NCBI RefSeq assembly: GCF_009834535.1
Contig: NC_045696.1
Span: 496,001 to 560,000 of the forward strand
Reading direction: 5' to 3'
DNA from: Camelus ferus
Taxonomy: Eukaryota
Length of the DNA stretch: 64,000 nucleotides
Under the pieces are notes generated by a model that worked only from the letters and a program-made list of their open reading frames with translations, ran no database searches and had not been told where the DNA came from. Made by a program: the position numbers and the translations under genes. This document shows positions 1-11,033 of this stretch, piece after piece (the stretch's first letter is position 1; each line of letters starts with the position of its first letter).

Positions 1-688
1 GTCAGGTAACTGAAATGGCTGGCCAGCCATTTTGGGGGGACCCCCAGATGTCAGGATCTGGGTGTCTATTCCCTGGGTTATTTGGTTTCTCTGGAAGGAC
101 TTGTCTCTTCCTCAGGCAGCTGCTGGCACTCTCAGGGTGCCTGCTGCCAAGTCCCCTCCTCTGTGCCTGACAACGCCCTAGTGTCTGGAGCCTCAGGACA
201 GGACGCCGGCCCAGGGCCCAGGGGCAAGGCTGTGCTTACAGGCCACCTGCAGGTGAGTGGACGACCTGTGGGCCACTGCAGCATGTGTGACTCTTCCTCC
301 GGGCCTGGAGCCTTGGGCACGAGGCCTTCTGCAGCCCTAGCCGGCCTGGTCCTTCCTCACTGTGGCTGCAACCAGTCAGTGTGGCTTCCTCGGCGTCCTT
401 GCCCCAGTGTGATCGTTCTGTCTCTGCACAGCTCTCCAGGGGTGGGTAGGAACCCCTTCTCGGCTGCTGGCTTGCCTCTCCGCTTCCCTGTCATTATGGG
501 CTTACCTGTTTGTACTCTTGTTTAACGTAACGGTTAGATTAAGTTGCTCAAACACAATTCCAGCCAGGGGCTGAATTACCTGTGGACCCACCAGTTTCTT
601 GTACTACTTTTTGGCCTTCTGGGGGGAGGCTGGCCCAGAGTGCAGTGAGCATTTGGCTGTGTGCGCTCTGGGGCTGAGGTTCACTGTT

Positions 689-1222
689 TTTTTGTTTTAA
701 TTAATTTATTTTTTATTGAAACATAGTCGATCTACAGTGTTATGTTTGTCTCTGGTGTACGTGGTGTACAGCACAGTGATTTAGTTATACACACGTGTGT
801 GTGTTCTTTCTCGCTGCAGGTGTTGAACGTGGGCCCCTGTGCTCTGCAGGTGGCCTTGTTGCTCATCGGCAGGCTCGCGGCTCGGGCTGGGGAGCACAGC
901 GGGCCGTCTGGGGTCCTCTCTGTTTTGCTGTGCTCTCCTCTGAGCCTCTGAAGCTCCCTTTCCGTCCTGGCTGGTCTTCCCGCTGGTGAAGCGGCTTCCC
1001 AGCGTGAGGGATCATTCCCTCCTTCATCACTCTTTCCCTGGGGTGCAGGTCCCGTCCCAGCTCTTTCCATGGGGATTCCTCTTGTCTCCCTGCTAGTATA
1101 AGATCCTCTGCCAGAGTGCAGTGGATTTTCTGCTAAAATTGTTCCCTGTGTAGTTGTTTTTGATATATTTGTGGGAGGAGGTGAGCTCCACATCCTTCTA
1201 TTCCACTGTCCCGAAGCCCCGC
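689..1222 (-). mobile_element. Internally deleted L1: 5'UTR start joined directly to the 3' end/poly(A)
   Basis: T-rich tail plus L1 3' terminus (ttttattgaa.catagt..tctggtgtacagcacagtgat) at ~689-866; L1 5'UTR start (gtgggaggaggtgagctccacatccttctattccac) at 867-1222; degenerate 15-bp TSD at 674-688 and 1223-1237 (12/15). Confidence 0.7.
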
Positions 1223-1273
1223 CTGATGGCCACTGTTGACCTGTCCCTGGGTGCGTCTATCTTGATGTTCCAG

Positions 1274-1532
1274 GTGGCCCGTGGCGCTCTTAGCGACTGT
1301 GTCCTCGATGCGGCAGAGACACAGAAGGAGCTCCTGGGAGCCAGTGGGCTCATGCTGCTGCTTCCGCCCAAAGTGAAGAGCGAGGACATGGCAGAGGAAG
1401 ACGTGTACTGGCTGTCGGCACTGCTGCAGATCAAGCAGCTCCTGCAGGCCAAGCCCTTCCAGCCTGCGCTTCCGCTGGTGGTTCTTGTGCCCAGTCCGGG
1501 AGGGGCCGCCGTGGAGAAGGAAGGGGAAGATG
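1274..1532 (+). CDS. MCM3AP: MCM3AP coding exon (VARGALSD...EKEGEDG)
   Basis: ttccag|GTGGCC acceptor; GATG|gtttgt donor, phase 1. Confidence 0.93.
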
Positions 1533-4500
1533 GTTTGTGAAAGCTGCCCCGTTTATGGACCGGCATGTTTACTAAGTGGGTGGAGCCCAGGGTCTGAGAA
1601 AGTGAGGTGTCGGGAGTCTCGTGACAGCAGCCACTGCAGTGACGGGAGCTGGGCAGGGCAGGGTCAGGGCAGTGAGATGCCTCAGCGTGTGTACAGGCTT
1701 GCGAGCAGAAGATAGGTGACCTCCATCTGTTTCTCTTAAAGGTCTAATGCTACAGGATTTGGTTTCAGCTAAGCTGATTTCAGATTATAGTATTATCGAG
1801 ATCCCTGATTCCATTAATTTGCAAGGCACAACTAAGGTAAGATTTCATCTTTTTTTTTTTTTTTAAATGTTCGTTTTTTTAAATTGAAGTACAGTCAGTT
1901 ACAATGTGTCAATTTCTGGTGTACAGCAGTGTCCCAGGCATGCGTATACATACATATATTCGTTTTCATACTCTTTTTCGTTAAAGGTGTTACAAGATAC
2001 TGAACATAATTCCCTGTGCTGTACAGAAGAAACTTTTATTAAAATCTATTTTTATATATAGTAGCTAACATTTGTAAATCTCAAACTCCCAAATTTATCC
2101 TTTCCCACCTGCTCTCTCTCGTAACCATAAGATCGTTTACTATGTCTGTGAGTCGGTTTCTGTTTTGTAGAAGGTTTCATCATTTTTAAAGGTCCAACAA
2201 GGTATTTTAGTTTTTCCTCTTTTGCTTTATCTTGAATTTAGTGTATGTTACTGCTTGCATTTTTAATTTTATATTTTGATAGGTAACTTTCTAAAAACGT
2301 AAGCAGAAATCAAAATAAAAGATAAAATTTGCCCACAGTCCTGCTATCTGCAACAAATTAAATTGTTCATGTACATTATCTTTTAGTGGCTTTGTTGTTA
2401 CGGATTTAAAATACGACGGTTTTTGTCTTATATCTGAAGGTCAGATATGTAATTATTTTTGTAGGGTGATTGTTCTTGGAATACGAAGAAATTATGTTAT
2501 CAGAAGTTTTCTTTAAAAAAGGAAGTCTGTGCTGACAATTACATTTAGGGAAAGAAGTCCTGGGAATTAAAATAAAAGTCACTGAAAGAGGAAAGATAAC
2601 TACAGGGTGTGAGCAGCCAGGCACATAGCGAAGCTGTTGATCCTACTAAGAACGGGGAGATGTGGTTTCCCTTTCTGTTGTGGTGAAGGGGATGTGCAGG
2701 GCTGCTTTCCCTTACGTCCGCGGCCCTTCCGGGGGGATCCTGTAGGCCACACTCCTCGGGGATGGGGGAACGTGAGCCCCAGTTGGGTCCCCCCCCACCC
2801 CCATGTGGGTCTCTAAGGCTCTGGGAGACCAAAGGCAACTGCAGCAGACGCTTCTGCCCCGCTTCCTGGAGCGGTTGAGATGCTGGTGCTCCGGTGGCAC
2901 TGCTGTGGCAGCAGTGGGGTGGGGGGGGCACTCCTGGAAAACAGCATGAATTGTTCACCCAGATCTTTCCAACTGTCTCTGCTTCTCAGGTTTTGCAGGC
3001 TGTGCAATGGCTGGTCTCCCACTGCCCCTGTGCTCTTGACCTTTGCTGCCAGACCCTTGTTCAGTACGTGGAAGACGGGGTTAGTCGGGAGTTTAGTGGC
3101 CGGTTTTTCCACGACAGACGAGAGAGGCGGCAGGGCGGCCTGGCCTCGCAGGAGCCCAGCGTGGTCATCGAGCTGTTCAACAGTGTGCTGCACTTCCTGG
3201 CCTCTGTAGCGTCCTCCGAGCAGCTCTGTGACCTGTCCTGGCCTGTCCCCGAGTTTGCTGAGGCAGGGGGCAGCCAGCTGCTTCCTCACCTCCACTGGAA
3301 CACCCCGGAGCATCTGGCCTGGCTGAAGCAGGCCGTCCTTGGCTTCCAGCTTCCGCAGATGGACCTTCCGCCCCCCGGGGGTGCGTGCTTGTGCCGAGGG
3401 TTACCGGGTGGGAAGGAGTGGAGGGGCAGCCGAGTTCCCCATCTCCTTTCTTGCTGGAAAGACAGTCTGGTGGGTGTTGGGCACCAGCATGAGGTTTGTA
3501 GCCCCACCGCCACCACTGTGCACCCCGCCCACACTACACCGTTCTCACTGGCCTTGGGGTTCAGGGGCTGGGCTTGTGGAGTGGGAGCTGTTGGCCCTTC
3601 ACCACCCACCACAGTCTGTGGGTATCTGCTCAGCCTCGGCGGGGAGGTGGCAAGTGGTGTCAGGAAGAGTGCCGAATCCAAGGCCTGGAGTTTCTGAATT
3701 AACAGCAGTTCCCATCCTGTCTGCACCACAGGGTTTGGGAGCAAAAAGCATGGGGACGGGGCAGCGCTGTCCTCACGCTGCTGGCTCCGGCGGGGCCACG
3801 GCACTCGGTGCTGCCTTAACACTGGGTTTCCTTCTCCGTCAGAAGCTCGTTCTCTGGCTCTGGCTGTGCCCGAGTCAGGCCTTTGGGCTGTTCTGATGCA
3901 GACTCTGTGGATCCCTGTGCCGTGAGGAAGCTGCCCCTCCCCTTGCTGATGCTGTTAGGAGGGAACAGGGCTGTTCATGCTCACCTGGCACGGCATGTGG
4001 CCTTGGCAGGGCCATTCTCCTTCAGACTGCGTAAAACAGAGGCCTCGGGCATCTTTCAGAATTTTGAGGGGCAGTCTCCTATAGTTCTGACAGACATTTG
4101 TTAACTGAAGGAGCCCAAAGGGAAACAGACCACACCATGCACATCCTCGGCTGTGAGCTGGGTCAGGGCTCCCCAGTGCCTCTGGGACCAGACCTCCCTG
4201 GGTGCTCGGTCAAATACAGATTATTGGGTGCAACCACAGGACTGTGCAGTCAGAGCCTCTGGGACGGACCCTCTGTTGTGAATTCTGACCTGGGTGACTG
4301 TTTGCATCCCTTACCTGGATGGTAAGGGAGCGGGAGATGCTTTTCCTCAATAGCTGTAGTTTGTTGTATTCAAAGTTGAAGGCAAACTTCTCGATTTCAC
4401 AGTTGCTTTTTCCTAGGAAGATAGAGGGTGAAGAACATTTTACACAGGTTTCCACTTGTACTTTGGCCAAAGTGTGACTCACCAGGTGCTTTCTCTCCAG

Positions 4501-7500
4501 CTCCCTGGCTCCCTGTGTGCTCCATGGTTGTCCAGTATGCCTCCCAGATCCCCAGCTCTCGCCACACGCAGCCCGTCCTCCAGTCCCAGGTGGAGAGCCT
4601 GCTTCGCAGCACGTACCGCAGGTGGAAGAGCAAGAGCCCCTCACCGGGCCCGGGGCCAGGGCCCTCCGTTGCCGAGATCCCATGGGATGACATCGTTGCC
4701 TTGTGCATCAACCACAGGCTGAGGGACTGGACACCCCCCAGGCTTCCTGTCACATCAGGTGCTTAGCGCTCGGCACTGCAGGGCTGGCTCCTCGTGAGAC
4801 TTTCCTGGTCCAGTTTTAGCTAAGAAAGATGTTTACTTGATGTTTGTTTCTTTCCTATGGATCCCCACCCTTCCTTTCCTTAGGACTGCCTCTTCAGGCC
4901 AGTGACTTCCAGGTGACTTATAAACATTGGGAAGAGCTGAGAAGGTTCTGGGAGAGCCTGGACTCATCTCCTTGAAATGGGTCCCCTGGGTTGATTTTAA
5001 GTTAGAGCAACTTCTGAAGCTCTGAGCAGTCACACCGGCTGTGCCCGTCTGGACTTGAGCCTCTCGGGACCTTGAATGACCATGGACACTTGGAGCATAT
5101 TTAGCTCAAGTGTGGGAGAAACAGAATTGTGTGACTTTAATTAATCAGAAGGGCTTGTCCTTAAGTCGGTGAATTTAAGCAAACGTCAAGTGGTCACTTA
5201 CTGCTCTTTTGATACTCTTGTCTCTTCTTATTTTTGTGTTGTTTTCTCAGAGGCACTGAGTGAAGATGGTCAGATATGTGTGTATTTTTTTAAAGACGAC
5301 TTGAAAAAATATGACATTCCTTTGTCGTGGGAACAAGCCAGAATGCAGACGCAGAAGGAGCTACAGTTGAGTCACGGCCGGTGAGATCTGTGTTCATTGT
5401 GTGTTTCTGTCATCCCTCAGTCAAGACAGTGAACTATATTCTCTTCCAGAGTTCACAACCGAAATTCACTTTCTATACACAGAATCCAACCCATTGTGGG
5501 ACAGTTCCCACAGTTGCTCAAAGAACAGATCATTCCCATGTAGTAGAAACTGATCTAGAGCTAGGAAAAGCAAGCATCTCATTTTGTTTATCAGATGAAC
5601 CTGACCCTGAAATCCATAATATAACCACAGACTGCAGAAAGTTGACATCTTATCTCACTTATAAACCTGGGTCAGAAATACCAAGTAAAATGTTAGCATA
5701 CGCAGTCATGCAGTACATAAAAAAATTCACAAGCTCACTTAAAAAAACTCACAAGCTCGGTTTATACCACACTAAACAATGTCAAGAATAGAAATGTGTT
5801 CGTGTAATTTGCTGCTGTAAGAGAAAAATAAATGATCATTTCAGTAGGTGTTGAAATGCTTTCCTTGAGATTTATACACATTCCTGCCCCCTCTCCCCGA
5901 GAAGAAAATTGGACACCCTTTCCTGATAAAATTTCTTATCAAATTTGAGTAAAAAATTCCTTAGCTTGATAGGGCTATCTACTGTAAAACTACCAAAAAA
6001 AAAAAAAAAAAAAAAAAAAACCCCAACAGAACATGCTTCTTGGTATTCTTGGTAAAACAGGAGAAACACTAAAATTTTAAGTTGAGCTCCCTGACATCAC
6101 TGCTGTTCACTGTTGTCCTGGAGACCCTGCCCAGTGTAGGGACACAGATACAGTGGCATAAATTATCAAGAGGAAGGACAGACTGTCATTTCCAGACAGT
6201 AAAATTGTCAGTTCAAGATAATCAACAGTCACACCCTTCGAACTATTCAGCATTCAGCAAGATGAACAGACAGATCAACCTACAACGTACAAAAATTCTC
6301 ATTTACAGCAGCAATAAAACTAGAACATATGGACACAAACTGACCAGGGGAGGTGCTCAACCCCTGTGAAAGTGATTCTCAGGGCCCTGAAGGTGCAAAG
6401 GAAACCAGAATAAATGAGGGGCAGGCTAGGCTTTGTTGATGGGAGGACACAATGCTATAAAAATGTCAGTTCTCAAACTAAAGTCAGGGCATTTCTGCTC
6501 AAAAACCCAAAAGAATGTTTTATCCTGATCTGGACAAGTTAATTCTAAAATTCATCAGGATGAGAAAATGTGTAGCAGTTGCTGAGAAAATTTTGACAAG
6601 AAAGGTTACTGTAATAGTTACTGTGGCCAAATGGGTCAGAATAGGAATAGAACCGTATGTGACACAAGTGCCACTCCAAATTAATTGGTGGAGGGAGGAC
6701 AGACATTGGCACCTGTTTAGAAAAAACATTAGACCCCTGTCTCCTGCTGCTGTAAACTTTACTTCTAGATGGATTTAGGAGCTAGATGCAAACATAAGAA
6801 CCATGCCAACGTTAGGGGAAAACAACCTGCTGATGACCCTGGAATGGGAATCAAAACTCAGCACAGAGAAGCTCTGAGAGCCCAGCTGCCCGGAGAGCAG
6901 AAAGTCTTGGAAAAGCAGAGGCTGCCCACCCTCTGCGCCCGTGCCTGACCCCGAAGCACCCCACTCTACCTGATGCCAGAGGAACCCTTCCTCCCTCTCC
7001 TGTTCTTACAGTTTCGGGATAAGGCCTCTTCATCCTTCTGCAAACAAGCTTTCCACCCCGTCTCTTCACATGCCCCGCCAAGCGAAGAGGAACGTGGAGC
7101 GTGGCCGAGAGGGGCGGCTTCCTAGCGCGGAGGAGCTGACGCAGGGAGCCTCTGCCCAGGAGCTCCTGGCCCAGTGTCTGTCTAGCGGTCTGCTGCTGGA
7201 GAAAGAGGAGAGCAAGAGGTGAAGCCCGTTCCCTGGGGTTCGTTGTGTCCTTTGGGCTGCTTCATGCTGGGTTAGCAAGGACGAGACTGTTTAAAAAAGA
7301 AGGCAAGTCAGACACGTGAAGTGTAAGCTCTCGGAGGACAGATGCAGTGCCCTCGGTGGTATGGCTTAAACTGTTGTTATTTGAAATCAGTTTCATTGAT
7401 GGTTTATTCCTGAAAGTTTAAAGTTTCCTAGAGAGAAGTGAGTGCGGCTGGCTGGCTAAGCCCCTGGGTGGGCGGGGAGCGCTGGCACCTGCCCGCTCCC

Positions 7501-10500
7501 CCTCTAGGCTAGCCTCAGGGCCTCGATGCCACCCCGAACAGCAGGCCAGACCCTCCCTGCCTCTTCTTCCACCCTTGTTTATGGTTTTACTGAGAAAGAA
7601 CCGGCCAGAAGGGAGTTTGCTGGGTCCTCATGCCCCCTTGCCCCTCCCCTCCACCAGCCTCCCTGTGTCTAGCCTGTGGGCAAAGTCAGTCTCTCCCCTT
7701 GGCTGGAATCTCATCTGCACCTGCTCAAGGACATTCGTCCAGTGAGAGTCCTTCATGTCCCCTTCAGCACACAGACGTGAAAACATGCTGCCATGTCTCC
7801 CTGTCTTGGCCCCATCTCCCTCCGTAGTCACCACCCCCATGTTTCTGCTCCCTCAATAGTCAATTCAAAAACAGTCTGATTCTCACTTCTTCGGTCCTCT
7901 TTCCTAGTCTCCTGCAGCCCGTCCCTGCTGCTCATATCTCCTCTGGTCAGGGTCACTGCAACCTGCAGCTGAACTGACCATGAACCCGAGGCTCCAGCAG
8001 CCCCACATGTCCTCTCCCACCCCCCACCTCCCTTGGCTAAGTGTGTTATCTGTACCCAGTCCCCAGTGATTTCATCCAGTTTGATGGATTTTTAAGTAAC
8101 ATCAATATTCTGACAACCCCAAATTTATATCTCAGATCCTAAGATCACTTCTGAACCCCAGATCTCAGTATCCTAGTCCTCCCTTAAAATCGTCATTAGA
8201 CATCTATTAGATGCCTGGCAGCCATCTCAGAGCTAACATACCCAAATCTGATTGCCAGTTTCCCCCAACCAGCCCCTCCTACAGCGGTCTTCTCAGTTGA
8301 TGGTGGCTCCACCCTTTCAGCTCCCCAGGCCAAATGCCTTGGGACCATCCCTCTACTTCCAGTCCACCCACAAACCCTGTTGGCTCTATTCAAAATGTAT
8401 TCAGAATTGGACCATTTTTGCAGTAGTCTGTAGTCTAGTCTCAGCAGACTGGTATAAGCCTTTCAAGTGTAAGGCAGAGGTCGTGGTTCTCCTTTGCTCA
8501 CAACCTCCCGGTGGCTTACTCTCACCAGGTCAAAGGCAGAATCCTCACAAGTGGGCAAGGCCCTGTGTGGTCCACCTCCCGTTTCCTTTCTGATCTCTGC
8601 TCCCTCCAACCGCCAGGTGGTGCCCAAGCAGGCCTTAGGATTAGCTTTTCCTTTTGCCTGGGACTCCCCAGCCACCCCAGTAGCCCCTTGGCTCACCTTG
8701 CACCCACTTCTGGTCTCTAGTCATATCTCCTCAGCGAGGACTTCCTTACTGTCCCTGTAGTCCCGCCTGTCTCCACGTCTGCTTGGTCTCTCTCGTCTTC
8801 AGACATCTCCCTTGTCGTATGTTCCTTGTCTGTCTCCCTCACTAAAGTGTAAGTTGCCTACAGCTGGGCCTTGTCTGTTTCTGTTTTTGTTTTCAGTGCT
8901 GTATCCCTGGTATGCAGAATGGCTCTAGTGTTTGGTAGGGGCTTGATAAATACATGTTGGAAGAGTGAATGAATGTGTCATGATTTCTAAAAGTAGATTT
9001 TCCTAGGTCTGTATCATTTAAGCAGTTTGGATCAGATTGTTTTTCTTGAAAAGACTAGTATTTGGAATGGACAGCTCTGGAGTGTGTGGGGTGGCAGTGA
9101 GATGTTACTTTGAGTTAATTTTAAATTGTAAAGATCAATCCATACATTTGGATAATCCAAAGAGACACAAATTAATTATAGACACACAATACCAAAATAA
9201 GCTGGAGAAGATAAACCAAATGAGAATATTACAAGCAATGTTAAGTAACATGTAAAAGCAATTGTTTTGGATAAATGCCACCTTTCTCATTAAATATAAA
9301 TAGGATTTATAAGTTAAAGAGAAGATATTAATTTTTTAAGAGTACATTTCTGCTTCTCAGTTGATGTCATAACTTAGTTCCATCCTTAGTATAAAGCAAA
9401 GCTTTAAAAATTTAAAGTATACATAGGAGAAAAGTGAGTGATAGTTAAATTTTTGCTTCCTAATGCTCAAATGTTTCAGGTTTGAAGATCAGCTTCAGCA
9501 GTGTTTGTCAGAAGACTCAGGAGCATTTACAGGTTCGGTGTCCCTTCCGCTCTACCTTCCTCAGACTCTGGTGTCTCTGCCTCAGACTGCTGAACCTGTG
9601 ATGAGAGCGTCTACGACCACCAGCCCTCAGGTGAGAAGAAAGTGCATTTGGCATTTGTATTCGAGTTAAAGACTGAGAGAATGGCTGGGGAAAATGTCAT
9701 GTCTTGATTCATCGTATGCTATGATGACCAATAAATTATTATCTTAAATTAGATTTTTTCTTTAACTTAATCTGTCAATGTTAAGGTGGCTCAACGAATT
9801 CTGAGTTTCTGCTTATGAAATGAATGAAGAACGGAATTGAAACATGTTTAAGAGTTGAACAAAACCCATAGTCCTGTGCTGACACGCAGCAAAGCACTGA
9901 GGAGAGTAACAGAGGTGACCACAGCAATCCAGTTTCCGGAGCCCTACTGTCCAATCTGGGGCATTACACATCTCTCCTTTTCTGGGGTTAACTTTCCCTG
10001 AGGAAAATTAATGAGTGAGGAGGGTACGCTTATTGAAGTCAAGGGCCTCACCCATGAATGTTCAGTGGGTCAGTGGCAAAGCTACTTTTCAAAGCCAGAC
10101 CCGACTGGCTCCAAAGCTCGAGGTCTTTCTACCTCAGCACCCTTCTTTCACTGGTAAAAGAAGCAAAAGCAGAGTTTCACTCATAGGTACGTGTACAGCT
10201 CTGGACAGGTCAAATGTGTGCTCCTGGAGTGGCTTTTAGGAAGCCCTTCATTGGGGAGAAAAACACATTAAGATGACATACTGTTTCCAATTCTTAGTTG
10301 GGCAGATACCTTAAAAATATTTGTATGCTTTGACTTAACAGTTCTACCCTAAAGAAAATACTATATATGACAAAAATTACTGTATTTTTGTTCACTGTAG
10401 AGTTAATTATGCATGAAAGTGGAAACTAAATATCCAAAGAGGGAAGTTTGGTTCAGCAGTTACAATATATATGATGTAATAGTTCCTAGCCTTTGAGAAT

Positions 10501-10920
10501 GATATTTTACAAAAATGACTGGAAGTTGTTCATGGTAGAATCAGAAGAGAGGCATTCCATGTGCAGATGATACCAGCTGTACGTATACGTCCTGGAAGAC
10601 ACTGGCAGGATGTATGATAGATGCCAAGAGAGGGGTTTGTTGAGCCCAGCAGGTCCCAGCAGAGGTTTCTGACATGAGCCAGATTTAGTGCCTTTAAAGA
10701 GAATTTATCTTGGTTTATGGATATCCCAAAACTATTTTTAGTTTCTCTTTTGTTCAAATAGAATAAAAGGACAGGGGAGCAACTGCAGTTGTCAGAGGTA
10801 ACAGGCACATCTCTGACTGAACGGCTGAAGCACCTAGAAGGGCTGATCCGGAGTTCAAGGGAAGAGGAAGTTGCCTCTGAGCTCCATCTCTCGGCACTGC
10901 TGGATATGGTGGACATTTGA
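1274..10920 (+). CDS. MCM3AP: MCM3AP/GANP (germinal-centre associated nuclear protein, TREX-2 scaffold / MCM3 acetyltransferase), 3' part; join(1274..1532,1742..1836,2990..3380,4501..4758,5251..5380,7012..7218,9480..9630,10762..10920)
   Basis: Spliced translation matches the recalled human GANP C-terminus ([83 protein letters not shown]). All junctions are GT-AG with consistent phases. The 5' part lies upstream of the window. Confidence 0.97.
1742..1836 (+). CDS. MCM3AP: MCM3AP coding exon ([16 protein letters not shown]...LQGTTK)
   Basis: ttaaag|GTCTA acceptor; AAG|gtaaga donor. Confidence 0.93.
1850..2170 (-). mobile_element. 5'-truncated L1 3' end (cetartiodactyl/camelid type)
   Basis: Poly(T), then aaattgaagtacagtcagttacaatgtgtcaatttctggtgtacagc; similar to the L1 end at 11172-11470; TSD aag[a/g]tttcatc at 1839 and 2171. 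Confidence 0.85.
2990..3380 (+). CDS. MCM3AP: MCM3AP coding exon ([12 protein letters not shown]...QMDLPPPG)
   Basis: ctcag|GTTTTG acceptor; GGG|gtgcgt donor. Confidence 0.94.
4501..4758 (+). CDS. MCM3AP: MCM3AP coding exon ([13 protein letters not shown]...PPRLPVTS)
   Basis: ctccag|CTCCC acceptor; CAG|gtgctt donor. Confidence 0.94.
5251..5380 (+). CDS. MCM3AP: MCM3AP coding exon ([15 protein letters not shown]...ELQLSHGR)
   Basis: tctcag|AGGCA acceptor; CCG|gtgaga donor. Confidence 0.94.
5640..6840 (+). mobile_element. Ancient L1 (L1M/L1ME-type) ORF2 remnants
   Basis: Degenerate ORF2-like A-rich sequence (ORF 6515 [10 protein letters not shown] resembles L1 ORF2); boundaries approximate. 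Confidence 0.55.
7012..7218 (+). CDS. MCM3AP: MCM3AP coding exon ([11 protein letters not shown]...[10 protein letters not shown])
   Basis: ttacag|TTTCG acceptor; GAG|gtgaag donor; not in the ORF track, read manually. Confidence 0.92.
7850..8975 (+). mobile_element. L2 LINE remnant
   Basis: Typical L2 3' end: gtgctgtatccctgg...gcttgataaatacatgttggaagagtgaatgaatg; start approximate. Confidence 0.7.
9480..9630 (+). CDS. MCM3AP: MCM3AP coding exon ([16 protein letters not shown]...TTTSPQ)
   Basis: tttcag|GTTTG acceptor; CAG|gtgaga donor. Confidence 0.94.
10762..10920 (+). CDS. MCM3AP: MCM3AP last coding exon ([10 protein letters not shown]...LLDMVDI*)
   Basis: aaatag|AATAAA acceptor; TGA stop at 10918-10920. 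Confidence 0.94.
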   Translation, partial: NKRTGEQLQLSEVTGTSLTERLKHLEGLIRSSREEEVASELHLSALLDMVDI

Positions 10921-11027
10921 GCTGCTGTGAGAGAGGGAGGGTCTCTCCAGAAGATTTTCTTTTACTCAAAATAATGTTATTCTCAGATGCTTGATGCATG
11001 TTGGAAATACGATTATTAATCATGCAA

Positions 11028-11033
11028 AATAAA
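11028..11033 (+). terminator. MCM3AP polyadenylation signal AATAAA
   Basis: Canonical hexamer ~110 nt after the stop, followed by U/GU-rich sequence. Confidence 0.75.
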
